A stretch of DNA of 64,000 nt from Candidatus Gorgyraea atricola (GTDB lineage Bacteria; Omnitrophota; Gorgyraeia; Gorgyraeales; Gorgyraeaceae): positions 76,939 through 140,938 of the forward strand of contig JAVCCW010000029.1 of assembly GCA_030765235.1 (NCBI GenBank), written 5' to 3'. Under the pieces are notes generated by a model, which had not been told where the DNA came from, made no database searches, and worked only from the letters and a program-made list of their open reading frames with translations. The position numbers and the translations under genes were made by a program. Numbering within the stretch: position 1 is the first letter of the stretch; each line of letters begins with the position of its first letter. Below, piece by piece: positions 60,043-64,000 of this stretch.

Positions 60043-60651
60043 GGTAAGGGACGTACTCACGTAGTCAGTGTCGAGTGCGTGAATCCTATCTGTGTGACGC
60101 CAGCCAATTCCAACTGAAAATAAATCAACAGGCGCGTAGAGTATTTCAGCTATTGACTCACAATATTCATCCCTTCCTTTTTCAAGATTAATCGAGTATT
60201 CTTCAAAGAGACGCAAGGAAAATACTTCTAAAAAAGGTACTTCCAGTCCGACTTTTGTAGTCGTATCAAAGGAATAACTGTCTGCATCAAAGACCAGATA
60301 ATCTAACATCTCGCCAGATATGAATTGAAAGGATTGACCTACATAAAAATAGTCTGAAAAAGATTTCCCTATCTCTAATCCAGATAAGAGCTTTTCCCAT
60401 TCGTCTGTTTCCATGTTCCACTGCGCTTCTCCAAAAAACGAAAGCTCTGTATCAGACGAATCCAATTTTTTATGAATGGAAAGCCGCTCCATGGCAATGT
60501 CGCCGTCATCCCTTCTTACATCCACGAGATAGTCAGTTCTACTCTCTACCTCGACGCTAAATCCAGGATTCGCAAACAGCACCAACATTAATAATACCAG
60601 AATTATCTTCATATTTTTGTAAAGCATATCATATAACATCATGACATTCAA
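60031..60651 (-). CDS. Secreted hypothetical protein (possible outer-membrane or periplasmic). The start may be an internal Met at 60612.
   Basis: Signal peptide MKIILVLLMLVLFANPGFS. Alternating hydrophobic pattern and a C-terminal F-ending segment suggest a beta-rich OM protein. Divergent from aroK. Confidence 0.45.
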   Translation of the reverse strand: MNVMMLYDMLYKNMKIILVLLMLVLFANPGFSVEVESRTDYLVDVRRDDGDIAMERLSIHKKLDSSDTELSFFGEAQWNMETDEWEKLLSGLEIGKSFSDYFYVGQSFQFISGEMLDYLVFDADSYSFDTTTKVGLEVPFLEVFSLRLFEEYSINLEKGRDEYCESIAEILYAPVDLFSVGIGWRHTDRIHALDTDYVSTSLTLRF

Positions 60652-60714
60652 CTATTAAGTTAACTTTACATTTAAGGTCTTGCTTCAAATGTAAAGTTAT
60701 GTTATAAGTTTAAT

Positions 60715-61215
60715 ATGAAGAATGTTGTGCTGGTTGGATTTATGGGGACTGGGAAGACTGTGGTGGCAAAGAGGCTTGCGGAGAAGCTGAAGAGGGAATT
60801 TCTGGAGCTGGATGCGATCATTGAGAAGAGAGAGGGCATGTCCATTAAGGATATATTCGAGAAAAAGGGTGAGCCATACTTCAGGGAGCTTGAGAAAGAG
60901 GTCGTGAAAGCATCGAGCCAGAAACAAGACCTTGTAATATCTGCAGGCGGCGGCGCAATAATAGATGAAGAGAATTTCAATACCCTTAAGCCAAATAGCA
61001 TTATAATCTGCCTCCAGGCCTCACCTGACACAATAATGCAGCGTACAAAAGGCAATGTCTGCCGCCCACTCCTAAACGTGTCAGACCCAAAGAAGAGAAT
61101 AGAAGAGCTCCTAGCAAAACGAGCCCCCTATTACAAAAAAGCAAACCACTGCGTCCCCACTGACAACCTCACCATAGACCAGGTAGTCGACCAGATCTCA
61201 AAACTCCTTGCATAG
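60715..61215 (+). CDS. aroK: Shikimate kinase
   Basis: P-loop GFMGTGKT, followed by the DxD and LID region. 166 aa. Confidence 0.85.
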   Translation: MKNVVLVGFMGTGKTVVAKRLAEKLKREFLELDAIIEKREGMSIKDIFEKKGEPYFRELEKEVVKASSQKQDLVISAGGGAIIDEENFNTLKPNSIIICLQASPDTIMQRTKGNVCRPLLNVSDPKKRIEELLAKRAPYYKKANHCVPTDNLTIDQVVDQISKLLA

Positions 61216-61323
61216 CCCCTATTTATATGCTATAATTACATAAGAATCAATAGACTGCTAACAAGCCTTAATAAAGGGCTATTTTTTGTCTGGATTATGA
61301 TTATGTTTAAAAAAGGGTATAAT

Positions 61324-61470
61324 GTGAAGATAATATTTATAGCAATAGGCCTAACTTTATTGCTTAATGGCATATGTTTTGCCCTGCGTATACCAATCGA
61401 TCCAGAAAATATAGAGAAACGTTTTAAGGGATTTAAGAATTTAAAAGCAGAAGCTGCATTCGAAACATAG
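61324..61470 (+). CDS. Possible small secreted peptide ORF (48 aa, GTG start). Very uncertain; may instead be the 5' leader of the downstream gene.
   Basis: Signal-like IIFIAIGLTLLLNGICFA. AAGGG 6 nt upstream of the GTG. A TATAAT hexamer at 61318..61323 overlaps it. Confidence 0.2.
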   Translation: MKIIFIAIGLTLLLNGICFALRIPIDPENIEKRFKGFKNLKAEAAFET

Positions 61471-61523
61471 GATTTTCTGGAAGGCGTGAACTAGGAATTG
61501 CAAGGGCGATTGATCAGACAGAG

Positions 61524-63437
61524 ATGGGGCTAGATGACGATGTTTTAATTGTAGGTCAAGGAGGTACGATTTATTTACCAATGGCTTGTGCTGTTAGAGC
61601 GAAAAGAGTAGACATAGTCCAGCCTGATAGATCCGAGAATGTTAAGCAGCGTAAACATTTGAAAGATAAATTTGATCATATGAGAATTTTTGAGGCTGGA
61701 ACATTGCAAGCTTATTTAGTCAATAAGATTGATATCGATAGCTATAGAGGCTTAATTGAAAATGTAAGAGTTCCCAAAGGACATTATCGTTATGTGTTTA
61801 TACCTGCTGTTTTGGATTATCTTAATCGTTTTGCACGTAGTAAAAAGGAAAAACTTGTCAAAGCTATTTTATCTACTCTTAAAGACGATGCAGTCGTACT
61901 CATATCTACACTAAGCGGAAATACGAAAATTACAGTGAAGCAGGAAGCTGATTTTTTTCAAGAATATGCAAAGAGTCATGGTTATGAGATTACAGGAAGA
62001 AGAGCGCTGAGGCCTGTTCATACTTTAGGCGGAAGCCCTACTATCGAGCTTAAGATAAGTCGAGAGACAAGGCATGATGCAGTCAAAAAAATTGCAGAAG
62101 AAGTTTTGGGAGATATCGAGAGAATGTGGCATAGGATGGTAAAAGATCAGGAGTTAATTTTTGAAATAGTTAGCGATAGGGATTTATTTGAGTCCATTCC
62201 AACAGATTTAAGGAAAGATATTCCTTATGCAGCGTTGCATCAAGTAGGCCTAAATATTACTTTAATTTATGGAGATCTCCAGTATCTGATGGAAAAAGGG
62301 CAACCATATGTGATTGAGAAGATGTATAAGAGCTTGTTGCTAATCGAACCAGATTTAAAGACGATGATAAAACTTAATCGAGATGAGATGATAGAGGTCT
62401 TAAACCGAGGTTTAAGACTTAAACTAGGAACGCTCAGTAATAAAAAAGATGATATTGGTCCTATTGATGAATTAGCGCGTCAAACTATTCAGGCTGTTTT
62501 GGATGGAATAGAGGTAGAAGAAGATAAGCTATTAGGGATTCGAGATGTTCTTCCAGAAACCATCAAAATTATTACTGAGCTCAGAAGAATGATTACTGAA
62601 GAAAAATTAATCATTAAAATAGAAGAAGATGAGTTTGTGATTCTGAAGGAGCTGTATACTAATGTGTATAAGGCTGATGATTCAAAAAGACAAAAGAAAG
62701 TAGTGCTTAAGTTTCAAGGAGATAGAAATAGCTCAGTATACGAAAAAGCCTTCTTCGAGCTAGTTCCTCCTCATGATAATATAGTTAAAGGATATGCTTT
62801 AGAAGATGAATCAGGAAAGATCTTGATTGTACAAGATTTTATTGAAGGCAAGACATTAGAAGACTATAGTGATTTAGAAGGGGTGGATCATAAACGTTAT
62901 TATAAGGAGTTATTCCCGATATTATTAGAGAAATTTGTAGAAGCAGTTAACGCGGAAAAACACGTATTAAAGAATGACCAAAGGATGTTTTATCATGAAT
63001 TTGATTTAGATCATATCATTATCGATGAAACTAGGGCAGGAAAACCTATCCTGATAGACTTTAATGAGCCCGCTCCTAGGCAAATTGAGAAAAAAGTTAT
63101 TTCAAATATTGGAAACTCATTATGTAAGTTAGTTATGGCGCAGTTATACAGCGATGACGAAGATGATCTTTCTGAATATGGTATAGATGATGACGATCTT
63201 AATAAGGATGATTATGCTGTTAACGCAAAAAAAATCTGTCCATATGTTTCTGATGAACTAAACCAGATACTAATGAGATTTGCAGCGAGTAGTACTAATC
63301 CTTATGAAGATATAGATGAATTAATCAATGATCTTGAAGTTGTGCTAGACTATCTCAAATCACAATTTTCTCCATCCGAGAGTATCGAGTCTTTGTTGAA
63401 TAACGGTAATCTCGAGACCTTGAGAAAGCAGTTATAA
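61524..63437 (+). CDS. AT-rich 637-aa hypothetical protein. N-terminal Rossmann-like segment and a C-terminal atypical protein-kinase-like (ePK-like) domain with an acidic tail.
   Basis: DVLIVGQGGTIY (Rossmann or MTase-like motif I). In the C-terminal half: VVLKF (VAIK-like Lys), HDNIVKGY (HPNIV-like), ILIVQDFIEG (hinge-like), HEFDLDHIIID (catalytic-loop-like), ILIDFNE (DFG-like). Confidence 0.5.
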   Translation: MGLDDDVLIVGQGGTIYLPMACAVRAKRVDIVQPDRSENVKQRKHLKDKFDHMRIFEAGTLQAYLVNKIDIDSYRGLIENVRVPKGHYRYVFIPAVLDYLNRFARSKKEKLVKAILSTLKDDAVVLISTLSGNTKITVKQEADFFQEYAKSHGYEITGRRALRPVHTLGGSPTIELKISRETRHDAVKKIAEEVLGDIERMWHRMVKDQELIFEIVSDRDLFESIPTDLRKDIPYAALHQVGLNITLIYGDLQYLMEKGQPYVIEKMYKSLLLIEPDLKTMIKLNRDEMIEVLNRGLRLKLGTLSNKKDDIGPIDELARQTIQAVLDGIEVEEDKLLGIRDVLPETIKIITELRRMITEEKLIIKIEEDEFVILKELYTNVYKADDSKRQKKVVLKFQGDRNSSVYEKAFFELVPPHDNIVKGYALEDESGKILIVQDFIEGKTLEDYSDLEGVDHKRYYKELFPILLEKFVEAVNAEKHVLKNDQRMFYHEFDLDHIIIDETRAGKPILIDFNEPAPRQIEKKVISNIGNSLCKLVMAQLYSDDEDDLSEYGIDDDDLNKDDYAVNAKKICPYVSDELNQILMRFAASSTNPYEDIDELINDLEVVLDYLKSQFSPSESIESLLNNGNLETLRKQL

Positions 63438-63541
63438 AGCCCTGGATATAAAGCCCTGGAGACGTCTACCAAGTTGTTCGGGAAGCTGTCTTCAAATCAA
63501 TCGGGAAACTGTCTGTAGTGTGGGTGGTTATTTTTAAGACT

Positions 63542-64000
63542 ATGACATTGTTTAAGAAAAAGTATAATTCAGGGATTAAGGGAGCATTGTCGACTTTTGT
63601 AGTGCTGTTTTTGCTTGCAGGATCTTTGCGCGCGGATGATTTTCTTAGAGTGAGAATAGATGACTCTACGCATACCCGTATACGTGAAATGTGTGGGATG
63701 TACTATAGTTTGGAGTCAACTGTAACAACACAAGTTGCTTTAATGGAGATAGGGAAAATTGAACAGATAGGAAGGCAGACAATCCCGTTCTATGAAAGTA
63801 AATACCAGAAGCCACTATTTGTTACTACGATGGTCGCAAGAGATTTTATAAATGACGGTAGGGCTGTTGGCGGCTATAAAAATCGAGATAAAAGTATCAA
63901 AGGGCTTTCGTTTGTTTTGGTGGCCACTGATCTTGCTGTATCTGAGGTAATAGGTTTTGAGCTCAACCCTAAAATCAGAGTTGGGCCAAAAGGCGAATTA
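63542..64000 (+). CDS. Secreted hypothetical protein, 3'-partial (runs off the window)
   Basis: ATG at 63542. Signal peptide ALSTFVVLFLLAGSLRA. Open frame to the end of the window. Confidence 0.4.
   Translation, partial: MTLFKKKYNSGIKGALSTFVVLFLLAGSLRADDFLRVRIDDSTHTRIREMCGMYYSLESTVTTQVALMEIGKIEQIGRQTIPFYESKYQKPLFVTTMVARDFINDGRAVGGYKNRDKSIKGLSFVLVATDLAVSEVIGFELNPKIRVGPKGEL

Overview
The window is a 64-kb, mostly + strand stretch of a diderm (Gram-negative-type) bacterial chromosome, with core genes near 50% GC and almost no strand switching.

Recognisable core genes, in order:
- comEA and comEC, separated by an unknown 709-aa AT-rich secreted protein
- BamD-like and LptE-like proteins, holA, rpsT (minus strand), murJ, a short uvrC-like gene, prfB, secA, lnt
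- lysS, lolC/E, lolD, ilvE
- mcsA-mcsB-clpC, with no ctsR
- mlaEFD, a yacL-like PIN/TRAM gene, ispD, ispF, cysS, tmk, holB, ricT, metG, iscS, tatD
- CPBP protease, a DUF362/4Fe-4S protein, mtnA, thiL, tsaE, tsaB, alr, greA
- a parvulin-type PPIase, ilvD-ilvB-ilvN-ilvC-leuA, aroE, a prepilin peptidase, aroC, aroK

I found no rRNA, tRNA or CRISPR array.

The most striking feature is a dense set of small structured repeat families:
- a 26-bp palindrome carrying GTTTAAAC, in 7 copies, two of them in-frame inside comEC and the CPBP protease
- a 108-bp MITE-like hairpin element inserted in-frame in comEC
- 32-bp arrays of 8-mers (GGGACAAG or CGGGCCAA) inside lolD, cysS, the LptE signal peptide and the ilvC-leuA spacer
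- large CCCAAAT/ATTTGGG palindromes in the 5' leaders of mcsB, metG and greA
- TGTGAGT-type 130-bp palindromes after secA and tmk
- an identical 29-bp-stem hairpin at two loci
- nested inverted-repeat composites flanking the prepilin peptidase gene

Several AT-rich (about 35% GC) ORFs without recognisable homology look horizontally acquired:
- the 709-aa secreted protein at 2931..5045
- a membrane or secreted J-domain protein with three ~100-aa tandem repeats at 17957..19585
- a 347-aa membrane protein at 48014..49057
- a 637-aa protein with an atypical protein-kinase-like C-terminal domain at 61524..63437

The last of these, together with its flanking small secreted ORFs, is my best candidate for an undescribed system. 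The in-frame palindromic-element insertions into essential genes come second.
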